Positions 22,571 through 33,268 are shown, counted from the first letter of the stretch. The stretch is DNA of 64,000 bases from Vampirovibrio sp. (GCA_024998755.1 JACEUU010000002.1:3511-67510); one strand, 5' to 3'. Notes: generated by a model from the letters alone, not told the origin. Made by a program: numbers and translations.

Positions 22571-22775
22571 TAGGGTCTGTTTTCAAATAGAGTAGTTGTT
22601 TTTTTGTTAAAATAGGGCTGTAACCTTTGTATACAGAGCCTATAGCCCATGCGATTTGACCTAACAGATACCCAATTTGAACAAATTCACGCTCTATTTC
22701 CTAATGGAATCGAAACGAGAGGCAGAAAACCGATCGATATTCGGCAAGTCATTAACGGTATTTTCTACATTCTTA
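22571..22775 (+). pseudogene. IS5-family left end and transposase N-terminal fragment
   Basis: MRFDLTDTQFEQIHALFP..RGRKPIDIRQVINGIFYIL (DUF4096-like) from 22649, interrupted by IS630 element C. Confidence 0.75.
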
Positions 22776-23528
22776 TACCAATTCTCAGTTTAAATGACGT
22801 GTTGAATATAGGGAAAATAGGCAAACGATTTCACCCACGTCGTATTTGCCTCTACCCAACGCAAAGCCTTAACTAAATGAGCTTCCACTGCCCAACGCTC
22901 TCCTTGTGGCAACAAAACTCGGCGTAATTGACAAATTTTGCCAAACCTCGCTTCATCTTGAAAAAAGACCCGAACGGTCTTTTTTACTATTTTCGTAACA
23001 AAATTAATGCGTTCAGGGAGTTTTTTTGAAGAGGGTTTGATCCTCCTCATTATGATTGGGGTGAATTGATCGGGGTACCTTCGGCTTCCAGCCGTGGCGA
23101 TTAAGCAGACGGTAGCCGCTTTGAAACCCTACGTTTCGCCCCACTTGTGCATTAAGTGCTTGGTGTAAATCGTAGATGCCAACCTTGCCTTTGTGTTGGT
23201 CAAGTAACGCCATTTCGACTTGTTTGTTGGGTAATAGGCTGTTACGACGAATGCCTTTTTTGGGGTTGAGGATGTGAAGTCCGTGTTGTTGGACTTGGGC
23301 TTGGATGGGTTGTACTTGTCTAAGGCTGTAGCCAGTGTGTTGGGCTATTTCAGCTTGTTTTTTTGGGTCGACGATTTTAAGCTGAATACAGAGGAATCGA
23401 CGGTAGGTTTTTCTTGTCGGTGAAGGTTTTTCAAAGGCGAGTACGTCTTCTTGGGTAAGCATAATAAAGGTCTTTGAAACAGACAATAACACGCCCTTAT
23501 TATACGACACTTAAAGTGAGAATTGGTA
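22776..23528 (-). mobile_element. IS630-family element C, internally deleted relative of element B
   Basis: Ends TACCAATTCTCA.../...TGAGAATTGGTA; ORFs 23013-23510 and 22790-23050 homologous to element B but missing ~330 bp of the DDE domain. Confidence 0.88.
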
Positions 23529-23873
23529 TTACCCACAGGCTTGGCGGTTTCTAAAGCAACGGTCAATGTTTATGTTTTAGATTCAAATATTAAAACCATT
23601 ACAACTGGCGGTGTAACAAGGAAGTCTTTAAATATTAATGTTTATTCAGCTACTCCTACAGGTACTATTTTTATTAGAACAATTGCTTTAAATGTAAGCG
23701 ATGAAGTTTTTACTAATGCAACAGATAGGTTAACCAATGCAGGGGTTAGTGGTAGTATTATGCTGTTGACTTTGGACGAAAACAAGACTCAGTTTTACGT
23801 TAATGTTGAAGCAGCAGGAACGGCGGGTAACCCTGGTATAATTTATCAATTTGGCTCAGACCAAGCCATTTAA
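23529..23873 (+). pseudogene. Probable 3' remnant of a beta-rich protein gene truncated by IS630-C
   Basis: Open frame begins at the IS boundary with no native start; terminator hairpin downstream. Confidence 0.45.
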
Positions 23874-23897
23874 CACAATTAACTTTACCCTTTATAA

Positions 23898-23939
23898 AAA
23901 CATACCAGACTGTACCTCAAGGTGCAGTCTGGTATGTTT
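23898..23939 (+). terminator. Intrinsic terminator-like hairpin
   Basis: AAACATACCAGACTGTACC-TCAA-GGTGCAGTCTGGTATGTTT. Confidence 0.7.
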
Positions 23940-24142
23940 ATTGGTGCATTTAAAAAAGGTGTATTTTTATTATTTGTTACATATTAGTTACTTATTTTAA
24001 AAAACAAGCAACATATTCAGTGGAATTGTTTTTATTAACTTGTAGACCAAATACAATACCCCCATTTCCCAACATTCATCCACTTTAAAGACTAAGCTAT
24101 AAAAGCCAAATCTAACATTTTTAAAAAAGGACCCCACCCACA

Positions 24143-25318
24143 ATGACAATGCCTCAAGTTTCTTTACCACCTTCCGCAACTAATTTAGGGTTGCAATCAC
24201 AATTAGACCCCAACAGTGCCTTGGCACAGTCTTTACAAGCTCGCTCATCGACTTTAGCAAGTATGAGTGCTCTTATTCAACCATCATTATCCAGTCAAGG
24301 GTTGCAATCACAATTAGACCCCAACAGTGCCTTGGCACAATCGCTACAAGCTCAATCAGGTACATTAGCAAGCATTAATAGTAGTCTTATGCCACAATCT
24401 GTAGGGTCTACGTTAAGTCAACCTCCTTCTGCTGGTTCTGTATTAACGCCTGATGTTTTGAAACGCTATATTGCCAAAGAAGGTATCGGTAGCCCCGCAC
24501 AAGCCGCACAAATTGCGTTGCTTGCATGGCAAAATGGCGATATCGCCGTAGCTCAATTCGCCGCTAAAATTGCAACAAATTACAGTATTTCCAAACTAAT
24601 CGCTGGGCAAGATGGCGACGCCAACAGCATTAGCTGGACTGATTTAGGGAAGCTTGCCAAAGGTAAATCTGCCATTGGTAGAGATGATATTGGTGCCGCT
24701 CCTGATTTAACCGAAGCCTTAGAAAGTGATTTAAGAGCCATGGCTGGTTTAGCCGCTGGTGCTTCTTCACAAAACCAATGGGACCCCTATGGTACTACAG
24801 CGGCAGGTGTGGGTGGTCAGCCTCCAATGCCTGGGCAAGTAGGTCAGCCCCCAATGCCAGGTGGTATGCCCCAAGGGCAACCAGCTTCATTGAATGGCGT
24901 TAACGGTAACGTTTACATGATGCCCTATGCTCAAGCTCAACAATTGCAACTTTCCCAACAAGGTCAAATTTTACAACCACAACAATTAGCTAACTTAACA
25001 CCGCTTCAACAAAGTATGCAATTGGCTGGCGTAGGTGCCAATCTTTCACCACTAATGCAACAAGCTGGGTTGGCATCTCCTGGAACTTTTCAACAACAAC
25101 AACCAAGCGTAGCCATACCTGCTGCTATTAGCCAACCCATTTCTTCGGGTAATATGTTACAACAACAACCACCAGTCGGGTATCCGCAACAACAGCCAAT
25201 GGCTCCAGCTTATCCACAGCAAGGTGGCGTTCAACCCCAATACCCTCAACAGCAAATGGCTTCAATGCCTCTTTCCTTACCAGGTAGTTACCGCTTAGCT
25301 TTAATCCCTACGTTCTAA
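24143..25318 (+). CDS. Gln/Pro/Ser-rich hypothetical protein with internal duplication
   Basis: 391 aa; GLQSQLDPNSALAQSLQA occurs twice; GQPPMPG occurs twice. Confidence 0.75.
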   Translation: MTMPQVSLPPSATNLGLQSQLDPNSALAQSLQARSSTLASMSALIQPSLSSQGLQSQLDPNSALAQSLQAQSGTLASINSSLMPQSVGSTLSQPPSAGSVLTPDVLKRYIAKEGIGSPAQAAQIALLAWQNGDIAVAQFAAKIATNYSISKLIAGQDGDANSISWTDLGKLAKGKSAIGRDDIGAAPDLTEALESDLRAMAGLAAGASSQNQWDPYGTTAAGVGGQPPMPGQVGQPPMPGGMPQGQPASLNGVNGNVYMMPYAQAQQLQLSQQGQILQPQQLANLTPLQQSMQLAGVGANLSPLMQQAGLASPGTFQQQQPSVAIPAAISQPISSGNMLQQQPPVGYPQQQPMAPAYPQQGGVQPQYPQQQMASMPLSLPGSYRLALIPTF

Positions 25319-25462
25319 TACCAATTTCAAATAGGCATAGCGTCAGCGTCTACGTTGTTACCGTCAAGCAAAAAATCCTCAACGTACGTCTGTGTACGCC
25401 TGCGGTTTTTTACTTGCCAGTGCCTAGTATCCATCTAACGCTATGCCTATTTGAAAATGGTA
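25319..25462. mobile_element. 144 bp MITE P, copy 1
   Basis: TACCAATTTCAAATAGGCATAGCGT...ACGCTATGCCTATTTGAAAATGGTA; inverted copy at 42297-42440. Confidence 0.85.
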
Positions 25463-26395
25463 TATAGCTGTTCCAATAATTATTGAGCTATAATAAGGAG
25501 GATAACGTTCACGAAAAAGGAGGATTCATCTATGGCATATAGCGTCGATTTAAGACAACGAGTCGTTGATTGCATCAATCAAGAAAAAGAAACACAACAA
25601 GCCACCGTCATCCGATTCAAAGTCAGTCTCGCCACCGTCAAACGATGGGTCAAACGAACCTGTCTCATCCCCAAAAAACCAGGGGCAACCACCGCAACAA
25701 GCATCGACAGAAACCAACTACTCGCCATACAAAAAGCCAACCCCAGTGCCTATTTGGACGAATTGGCTCTCTTGCTCGGTTCTAAAAAATCCACCATCTC
25801 CTACAACCTCATTAAACTCGGCATTAGCCGTAAAAAAAAGCACGCTCTACCGAGAACGAAGTGAAGCCAAACGCACAGTTTATAAGCAGGAGATAGAACC
25901 GCTAACGCCCGCCAGTCTTGTGTTTGTGGATGAATGTGGGGTTGACCGTAGAAGCGTTGAACGCTTGTATGGTCGTTCCCCTAAAGGTGAACGGGTGCAG
26001 GAGGAAATTAGTGGTCAACGCACCGAACGTACCTCTATTATAGCAGGGTTACAGGGTGGAAAGCCATTAGCCCCGTGGTGTTTTAAGGGCTATTGTAATA
26101 CCGAGGTTATTTTGACGTGGGTTGAACATGAGTTGTTACCGAGTTTAACGGCGGGGATGACGGTCATTGGGGATAATGCGAGTTTTCATAAATCTTGGGA
26201 GATTCAACAGCTGATTGAATCTGCGGGTTGTCGGTTGTTGTTTTTACCGCCTTACAGTCCTGATTTGAATCCGATTGAGCGATTTTGGTCGGCGTTGAAG
26301 GCGAGAATTCGTCGGTTACTAACCGATACCTTATCTTTAGATGAAGCCATTGACCAAACCTTTAAAATGGCTCAATAACTTTTGGAACAGCTATA
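25463..26395 (+). mobile_element. IS630-family element A, copy 2
   Basis: Near-identical to 7046-7978 (DQTF versus DQAF near the C-terminus); A8G run at 25832-25840. Confidence 0.95.
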
Positions 26396-26562
26396 AATAC
26401 CAAAAAGTAACGGATTAAATGTTACAGAACCGTAAAATTACGACAGGCTTTTTGAAGAAAGGCTAAACCGCTTCCGATTAATCTTTTATAGCATGATGAG
26501 GATTTAATAAATCCCTGAACCCGTCTTGTTTTAAAATGAACCCATGGAAAGTAGGTTGCCTT

Positions 26563-27063
26563 ATGTCAAACAAACCTCAAACTAAAGTTTGGTCTCGGTG
26601 GTACGAAAAAGATAAAGATTTGCTGACTTTTGTTACCAGTTTAAGAAGAATGCCTAATTGGTTGTTGGAAGCCTATTGTAAAATTATTATTCATCACGCC
26701 AATAATATGTATTCTTTGGATAGTAGTAAACAGTATTTACTACAACATGGCTCCGACAAACACCTTTCCTTGCTTAAATCAATGGGAAGAAAGCGGTGGT
26801 ATGACAAAAACAAATATGCCTACAGAGCCTTCAATGCCCTTTATTTAATGGAAGAAACATCTCGTAGAACGTTAGTTTTACAACTTAATGATAGTGCTAA
26901 TTTGTTGCATTGTTACCAAGGGCGTTGTGAACTGTATAACTTAGAACCATCGTCATTAGTGTTTGAAGACTTGCTAAAAACTTGGGTACTGACTGGTGAA
27001 CAAGACGCTTATCATCAAATTGATGAGTTTGAAAGTCTTGGGGCTTTGGTAAGAGATAGTTAA
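26563..27063 (+). CDS. Hypothetical protein with two RWY(D/E)K repeats
   Basis: SRWYEKDKDL and KRWYDKNKYA, each followed by a helical segment; start at 26563 or 26536. Confidence 0.7.
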   Translation: MSNKPQTKVWSRWYEKDKDLLTFVTSLRRMPNWLLEAYCKIIIHHANNMYSLDSSKQYLLQHGSDKHLSLLKSMGRKRWYDKNKYAYRAFNALYLMEETSRRTLVLQLNDSANLLHCYQGRCELYNLEPSSLVFEDLLKTWVLTGEQDAYHQIDEFESLGALVRDS

Positions 27064-27066
27064 GTT

Positions 27067-30000
27067 TTACCCTAACAACCCTTTTTGCTTGAGCGAAGGG
27101 GTTGTTTTCGATAGTTTTCTGTTCTGTTTTTGAGCCAATGCTATATTGGCAATAAACGCTTTTTCTTCGCGTTCTGCTTTTTTGTGTTTAATTTGGTCTA
27201 TTTCAAATTCATTGTATTTTAAAATGCCCACACCCGCTAAAGCCGTTGCCCCTAGTCCAGCTATAGCAAACGGAATTGCCTGCTTTAGGCTATTAACCTG
27301 TTTTACAAACCCTGTAACTAAATCCGCCGTGGCTTGAGGTAGAAATAGTGCCATCATTTTGCCTGCTTGTTCAGGTTGGGTAATAAAAGCATGGGTCAAG
27401 GTTTCTTTGGCTAAGCTAGTGAAGGCTTTTCCATTTAAACTATGGGCTTTATAAAAAATACGCAATAATGATTTTACGAGCAAGTCATTGTGGTCTCCGC
27501 CCGCCATTTCCAATAAAGCGTACCCTGTGGTTACTTGCAATAACTTGGCTTTTAACACATCAAAATTAGGGTAGTTGTAGCCAATTCTACGCCGGCTTAA
27601 TTCAGATTGGACTAAATTAAAAGCCAATTCAAAGTTTTGCACATTGTCTTTAATTTCAAAAATTTGTTGGTTAAACAATGACGGTAATTCTGCTTCAAAT
27701 AGCGTTTGTCTATCTTCTAGTAGTTTGCTAAAAAAGTTTTCTAAGGGATTGTGGGATTTTAGTATGACCGCCAGTTCCTGTTCCAACACGGTTTTTTTAC
27801 TGGGGTTGTTTGCCAGAAATTGTTTAGCCCGTTCACTGTAAAGCTCTTCTGTAAAGACGGTTAAAAGTTCTGGTAACTTTTGTTCGTTCAACAAACTAGG
27901 TAAGTTATGTGTTTTTAGTAGCCGTTTTTTTTCAATGTCAGTCAAAGAAGCCTCATACGTAATTTGAGATTTAAAATAATCCTGCAGTTGCTTTGGGTTA
28001 CCTGTACAGTAGCCTAGCACCAGCTTTAAATCATCTATAAACAGGCTACTATCAAGTGATTGTATCCCGCCAGTATCAATATACTGAATGCGATAGGGGT
28101 TGATATTACCTTCCAACCCGAGCTGAATTAACTTATCTGCCTTATCTGTTACGGTGGGGTCAAACAGTATTTTTTGGGCTCGTTGAAGTAGTACCAAGGT
28201 ACTGTCTTTTTTGCTGTTTTGGCCTTTGGTAACCGCTCCACCTTTTAGTTTCTCATACAGCTTATCATCTCTATAAACAAAGGCGTTGGCTTGTGTTACG
28301 TCCATGTGAAGCCTTATTTTACCCAGTGCGTCGCCTTCTCTTATGGTGGTTTGCGTCATTTGTGTGGCGGTGGCCTGTGCGAACGATTCCCCTACTTGCG
28401 TCATTAAATGAGGGTCGTTTACTAGCCATGGGTATTGCTGAATCAGTTCGATAGATTTTAATAACACCTTACTGTTGGCATCTTTCAGTTGGTTTACTAA
28501 AATATCATTGACCATTGTTTGTAAATTATTACTGCTGGCAGGCTGGTTTAATGCGTTGGTATGAACACCCGAAATAATGCCTTCCAATGCCATTTCTAAC
28601 TGATTGGTTAATTGAATGGAAGAAGCTACTTCTTGTGCGGGTGGCTTGTGGGCTATTGGGGCATTTGCCCATAGTAGTTCCATTTTTTGTTCTAAGGCTT
28701 GGGTTTGTTGTTTTTGGTGTTCTTTATCTAGCTTAAACCGCTGAAGACCTGCTATAGCAATTGATTTTTTTGCGTCTTCAGAAGCTAAAATTTCCCGAAG
28801 GGTTGCTTGCGGGTGTTGGTCTAAATAAGCTATCAGCCCTTCAGAAACAATGTTACGGGTATATTCTTTGGTTTCCATCAGTTGTTTCAGAGAGATGCCC
28901 TTAGCTTCTACTTGTAAATCAATACAGCTGGTTGCAAAGTCAGACAAAGCCACGTCATACATAGGGTACGGATTGCCCTCTACATCCAACTGAAGCGGTT
29001 GCCCATTTTTATCACGTAAAATGGCGGCTTCTGCTAATATTCTGCCATTTTCAGCCCCATTCCTCAGGTCTAATTCAGGTTCCCAGCTAGCACACAGTGT
29101 GTTTACCTGCCCTAGCCAATAGTCTAACACTCGGGGGTCATCGCTAATGAGTGTAAACAGTTTAGTGAGCAATTCTTTATCTCGAGCCATTTGTTTTTTT
29201 GGAAGATCTTCAAGTTTCGTATTTTGTTCCCACCATTGCGATTCCACTAAATTTTTCTTGAGTACTTTAATAATTCGCCCTTGTTCATCGCCCGTTATTC
29301 TACGCTGGCTGAGTAGTTCACGGGTTGGGTCTTTTTTGGAAACGACCCGCAGTTTACACCGATATACTTCGGCTGTGGAAGCCACCCCGAGAGGTTCGAT
29401 GTTTCCGTTTTTGTTTTTTAGTAACTCAATAACAACTCGTCCATCACGCAGTAGTTCTTCTTTAGCATGTTTGTTTTCAGGACGATTAGCAATTTGTTCA
29501 ATAAAACGATACTGCTCAAATTGAGATTCAATGATTTTTACTACCTCTTTCGGTTCCCAAGAAGGTGGCAAATCACTTTGAAATGATTTCAGTGCTTGGT
29601 ATACAGCATCAGGCATACTATTTCTTGCACTGCTGTTATTGCTAATAATTTGCATGAATTTGGCAAACCCAATGGAGTTTTTACCGATTAGTCGAAGGCA
29701 ATCTTTCAAAGCCAAATCTTTATCTGCTTGTGTGCAAGGTAATTTTGTTTTTTTGTTAATAACTGGTTTAGACCAATAACCTTGCCATTCAAACCAGTAA
29801 GGTTTTGAAAGATTTCGTTGGGAATTAAACCATAATGGCAGTGCTTCCGTTATAAAACTCCACGGGGTCATGACATTTTCCACAACCACATTGGTTAATA
29901 TTCTGGCACATAGCTTCGGTGGAAACCCATTGGGTGGCTTAAATGAAATGGTGTCGTTGGGATTTGTTGTTATAACCCCTTTTATTAAATCCCTAAAAGG

Positions 30001-30450
30001 GTCTTCTAAATTAGGAATCACATAACCGTGCTCTCTGCCTTCCCCTGCAGTATGGTGGGGACGGTACTGGGTATGATTGAGAACGGCTCTCGCTGTTTCT
30101 GGTATTTTCATATTCATGATCAAATCGAACCACGAAGAATCCACCTCGTCAGGGTTCAAGGAAGGGAGGGTACAATCATCAACGTGTTGAGCGTACCACC
30201 TGTTGCTACTACCAGATGCCACCGTTGGTGGGTTATTAGTAGCTGGTGTGGCGGATGCCGTTATGAAACCGCTCCGATTTTTAGCTGTTATTGTTAGGGT
30301 ATCGGTGGTATTGGTTGTAGTGGGTTGCCATTGCAGGGTTGTATTGATGGGTACTGCCAATGGCGTTGCAAAGCTAGTAACCCTAGGCTGCGAAAGCTTG
30401 TTTAGCTTGTTTGGTTCTTGTCCACCCACCGCATTGGTTTTCACTACCAC
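27067..30450 (-). CDS. Large divergent ABC1/UbiB (AarF) atypical kinase-like protein
   Basis: AKFMQIIS, QSDLPP, PLGVASTAEVY, IIKVLK, ELDL, LHMDVTQAN, YIDTG and a C-terminal TM helix. Confidence 0.7.
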   Translation of the reverse strand: MVVKTNAVGGQEPNKLNKLSQPRVTSFATPLAVPINTTLQWQPTTTNTTDTLTITAKNRSGFITASATPATNNPPTVASGSSNRWYAQHVDDCTLPSLNPDEVDSSWFDLIMNMKIPETARAVLNHTQYRPHHTAGEGREHGYVIPNLEDPFRDLIKGVITTNPNDTISFKPPNGFPPKLCARILTNVVVENVMTPWSFITEALPLWFNSQRNLSKPYWFEWQGYWSKPVINKKTKLPCTQADKDLALKDCLRLIGKNSIGFAKFMQIISNNSSARNSMPDAVYQALKSFQSDLPPSWEPKEVVKIIESQFEQYRFIEQIANRPENKHAKEELLRDGRVVIELLKNKNGNIEPLGVASTAEVYRCKLRVVSKKDPTRELLSQRRITGDEQGRIIKVLKKNLVESQWWEQNTKLEDLPKKQMARDKELLTKLFTLISDDPRVLDYWLGQVNTLCASWEPELDLRNGAENGRILAEAAILRDKNGQPLQLDVEGNPYPMYDVALSDFATSCIDLQVEAKGISLKQLMETKEYTRNIVSEGLIAYLDQHPQATLREILASEDAKKSIAIAGLQRFKLDKEHQKQQTQALEQKMELLWANAPIAHKPPAQEVASSIQLTNQLEMALEGIISGVHTNALNQPASSNNLQTMVNDILVNQLKDANSKVLLKSIELIQQYPWLVNDPHLMTQVGESFAQATATQMTQTTIREGDALGKIRLHMDVTQANAFVYRDDKLYEKLKGGAVTKGQNSKKDSTLVLLQRAQKILFDPTVTDKADKLIQLGLEGNINPYRIQYIDTGGIQSLDSSLFIDDLKLVLGYCTGNPKQLQDYFKSQITYEASLTDIEKKRLLKTHNLPSLLNEQKLPELLTVFTEELYSERAKQFLANNPSKKTVLEQELAVILKSHNPLENFFSKLLEDRQTLFEAELPSLFNQQIFEIKDNVQNFELAFNLVQSELSRRRIGYNYPNFDVLKAKLLQVTTGYALLEMAGGDHNDLLVKSLLRIFYKAHSLNGKAFTSLAKETLTHAFITQPEQAGKMMALFLPQATADLVTGFVKQVNSLKQAIPFAIAGLGATALAGVGILKYNEFEIDQIKHKKAEREEKAFIANIALAQKQNRKLSKTTPSLKQKGLLG

Positions 30451-30583
30451 TAATTGCCTTTCTAAAAGACTTTTTTCTTTACGATAAAACCGATATACAC
30501 ACGCACTAACGCATGGTTAGAAAAACACACGAGACGATACAAGTGTATGAAACCCAAATCCCCTGTTTTTTGTGCGGTATTGA

Positions 30584-30741
30584 TACCAATTAAACGATTA
30601 AATGACGTGTTTATATTTACATCATCGTCGGGCGACCACAAGGGTTCGCCCCTACAGTAAGCTTTCAATTTTATCTCCGTAGGGGAGACCCTCGTGGTCT
30701 CCCGCCCCAAGATTTTACGACATTACAATTTTGAATTGGTA
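30584..30741. mobile_element. 158 bp MITE N carrying two GTAG-type REPs
   Basis: TACCAATTAAACGATTAAATGACGTGTT...TTGAATTGGTA; internal GGGCGACCACAAGGGTTCGCCCCTAC and GTAGGGGAGACCCTCGTGGTCTCCC. Confidence 0.75.
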
Positions 30742-30794
30742 TTACAGGATTGTATTAATCAATTCCCGTAATTTTTAAGCCTATGATGATGCTA

Positions 30795-31295
30795 CTATTG
30801 GTTTTTGAAATTAACGTTTTTTACTTCCCGTTGCATTTCACGGTCTGATTGTTTCGCTTTAAGGGCATCACGTTTATCATGCAATTTTTTACCTTGGCAC
30901 AACCCCAATTCAATTTTCACCCAACACCTTGCAAAATAAAGGCGAAGTGGAATCAACGTTAACCCTTTTTCTTGAACCGCTTGATGAAATTTAATAATCT
31001 GTTTTTTATGCAATAGTAAGCGTCTTGCCCGTAGCGGGTCATGATTATTGTAAGTGCCTGCTTCATAGGGGCTAATATTCAACCCATAAAGCCACATTTC
31101 GCCTTTTTCAATACGGGCATGGGCTTCATTCAGGCTAGCCCGCCCTTTTCGCAATGATTTTATTTCTGTACCCGTCAGGGCAATACCCACTTCTAATGAG
31201 TCTAGTACGGTAAATTCATGGTAAGCCTTGCGGTTAGAAATGGCGACTCTACCGCTGGAGGTTTTATCATTTTTTGCTTTGGCAGCGTTCATCAT
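30795..31295 (-). CDS. smpB: SsrA-binding protein
   Basis: NRKAYHEF, GIALTGTEIKSLR, RRLLLHK, GKKLHDKR. Confidence 0.96.
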   Translation of the reverse strand: MMNAAKAKNDKTSSGRVAISNRKAYHEFTVLDSLEVGIALTGTEIKSLRKGRASLNEAHARIEKGEMWLYGLNISPYEAGTYNNHDPLRARRLLLHKKQIIKFHQAVQEKGLTLIPLRLYFARCWVKIELGLCQGKKLHDKRDALKAKQSDREMQREVKNVNFKNQ

Positions 31296-31330
31296 GGTAG
31301 AGGGTTTTTCATTCTAACAACGGGGTGAAT

Positions 31331-31510
31331 TAGGTGCTGTTGACAATAGTGGGCTGGTGGTGCAGATTCTAGGCACGTTGATTGTTTACAATCATTCTGT
31401 CAAAGGCAGAAAATAACGCAGAACCGCAGTGTATAGAGAAATACATGAGGATTCGAGTAACGCAGTAACAACGAAGATGCCCATCAGAGCGTTATTGTCA
31501 ACAACACCTG
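31331..31510. repeat. ~180 bp palindromic element Q, copy 1
   Basis: Ends AGGTGCTGTTGACAATA/TATTGTCAACAACACCT; highly similar to 40482-40661. Confidence 0.85.
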
Positions 31511-31543
31511 ACATCACTATAGCATAGAAATAGGTGGTATCAG

Positions 31544-32641
31544 CTAGTTTGTATTAAAGGTTCGGTTAATCGCTACGGATAAATGAGAGGGTAGTATATC
31601 GGTTCTACACGCATCAGTAGCACAAGTTTTAGCAATGCAAGGTTTGCAAGGCAACACCAGTGAAACGGCTTCAAATCGACCAACTTCAACGTTGGGTGGG
31701 TGCCATTGGTTGGGGGAAACAGCCCCATAAACCCCTACAACATGAGGGACACCAACGGCACTAGCCATATGCAATGGGGCGGAATCCAACCCAATTAACC
31801 CAGTTGAAAGAGAGAGCAAAACGGCTAATTCCCGCAAGGAAGTTCTGCCTGCCAAATTAAAACTGCGTTGGGGTTGACTGGCACTTGCCTGTAAAAAAGT
31901 ACCTTCTTGAATGAATTTTTCGTATAAGGGGGAATGGTTTGGCATACCTGTAAATAACAGTTGAGCGGTTGGATTATTCTCAACAAGCAGGGTCAATCCT
32001 TGTTGAAGCTGTTCTAATGGCACATCTTTATGCTTGCTGGCACTCGCCCAATGAATTACTATCCATGGGGCTACCGAGGGTGGGGTAATGTTAAAATTTT
32101 GGGTTAGTTTTTCTTGCAGGGCTTCTTGTTCTTCAGGGTGTATCCAAAGTTCTAATGCTCTATCTGTTTTGTCTAAAAATGGTAAGGATAGAGGCTCTAA
32201 CAGTTCCCATAAGTAATCTTGCTGGTGTCGGTGGGCTGTTAAAACAGGATGGTTAACAGGATGCGTTAAACCAATACCCCAATGCAGGTAGTTCTTTTTA
32301 GTTAAGCGTTGAGATTGAAATCCAATGACCGTTTTAACGCCAGCCCATCTCGCCAACAGGGCTTCTCTGGCGGAATGGCGGGTTAAAATAACGGTATCTA
32401 CTTGATGTTGCTTTAATGTGTCAATAAACTCAGCAGATTGCTGCGTTGCTGGTTTAACCCAATCGACATAGGGACAATTTTCAAAAAGAGGGAGGGCTAT
32501 TTCAGGCAACCAAAGTCCTAACTCAACTCGGCTACCCCATGCTTTTTTCAGTTGGCGAAGCAGGGGCATTAAAAACAGGCAGTCGCCGACAAAGCGTGGG
32601 GGAACAAAGCAAATTTTTCGAGTAACCGTAGGAGTTGTCAT
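31544..32641 (-). CDS. Glycosyltransferase family 9 (heptosyltransferase-like)
   Basis: PRFVGDCL, NLAGRTSLRELA, DSAPLHMASA, PCKPC. Confidence 0.88.
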   Translation of the reverse strand: MTTPTVTRKICFVPPRFVGDCLFLMPLLRQLKKAWGSRVELGLWLPEIALPLFENCPYVDWVKPATQQSAEFIDTLKQHQVDTVILTRHSAREALLARWAGVKTVIGFQSQRLTKKNYLHWGIGLTHPVNHPVLTAHRHQQDYLWELLEPLSLPFLDKTDRALELWIHPEEQEALQEKLTQNFNITPPSVAPWIVIHWASASKHKDVPLEQLQQGLTLLVENNPTAQLLFTGMPNHSPLYEKFIQEGTFLQASASQPQRSFNLAGRTSLRELAVLLSLSTGLIGLDSAPLHMASAVGVPHVVGVYGAVSPNQWHPPNVEVGRFEAVSLVLPCKPCIAKTCATDACRTDILPSHLSVAINRTFNTN

Positions 32642-32648
32642 TGGCTGA

Positions 32649-33086
32649 CTAGAACACGCCTCCTACTTTAACATCAATGCCTTGTAAGGTAATGCCTGTT
32701 TGCGGGGCTAGTTTATTGAGTTTTGAAAGTAATTGACTCAGTTGAAAGCTTAATTCGGTTGCTAATGAAGGGTTTTGCACGGCGACTAATAGGCGTTTTT
32801 CCGCCCCACGCTGTTGAACTTTGATGGCTTTGGTGTAGAGCGATAAGGGCGTTCCCACAATGCCATTCCATGCACCTAATAACGCCAGTTCAGCTAGTTT
32901 TTTATCAAACCCAATTTGCTTGGCAACCTCTGGGAAAATAGCTTGTAAGCTAGCATACCCAGCTTGATAGGCTGGTAATGCTTCGCCTTTGGCTAACTGC
33001 TTGCGGTAGGTTCTTTTTCGCCCAAGGTGTCGTGTGTCTTCCGTGTTTTTATTGAAAAACGACGATGTGCCCGATTTTTTTTCCAC
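32649..33086 (-). CDS. DUF721/DciA family protein
   Basis: AWNGIVG...TKAI...LLVAVQNPSLATELSF...LLSKLN. Confidence 0.7.
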   Translation of the reverse strand: MEKKSGTSSFFNKNTEDTRHLGRKRTYRKQLAKGEALPAYQAGYASLQAIFPEVAKQIGFDKKLAELALLGAWNGIVGTPLSLYTKAIKVQQRGAEKRLLVAVQNPSLATELSFQLSQLLSKLNKLAPQTGITLQGIDVKVGGVF

Positions 33087-33186
33087 GATTCAAACCGCCT
33101 TGCCTTCACCATTACAATGCTATCTTATATTAGCCCTAGTTTACCGTAAAGAGAAAGAGAAGGCAAAGCCTTAAATAGCGTGTTTC

Positions 33187-33255
33187 GTCATCCTGAGTGA
33201 AGCGAAGGATCTCCTGAGACAACCAGAGGAGATCCTTCGCTTCACTCAGGATGAC
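33187..33255. repeat. CGTC-type REP-like palindrome
   Basis: GTCATCCTGAGTGAAGCGAAGGATCTCCT...AGGAGATCCTTCGCTTCACTCAGGATGAC, perfect 29-bp arms. Confidence 0.85.
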
Positions 33256-33268
33256 AGTATTTAAATGG

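Noticed and set aside
30462-30710. 82 aa minus-strand ORF
   Set aside because: It largely runs through MITE N and its REP palindromes
30783-30791. ATGATGATG on the plus strand just past the smpB stop
   Set aside because: No substantial ORF follows, so it was not counted among poly-Met starts; it shows such runs can also occur outside starts
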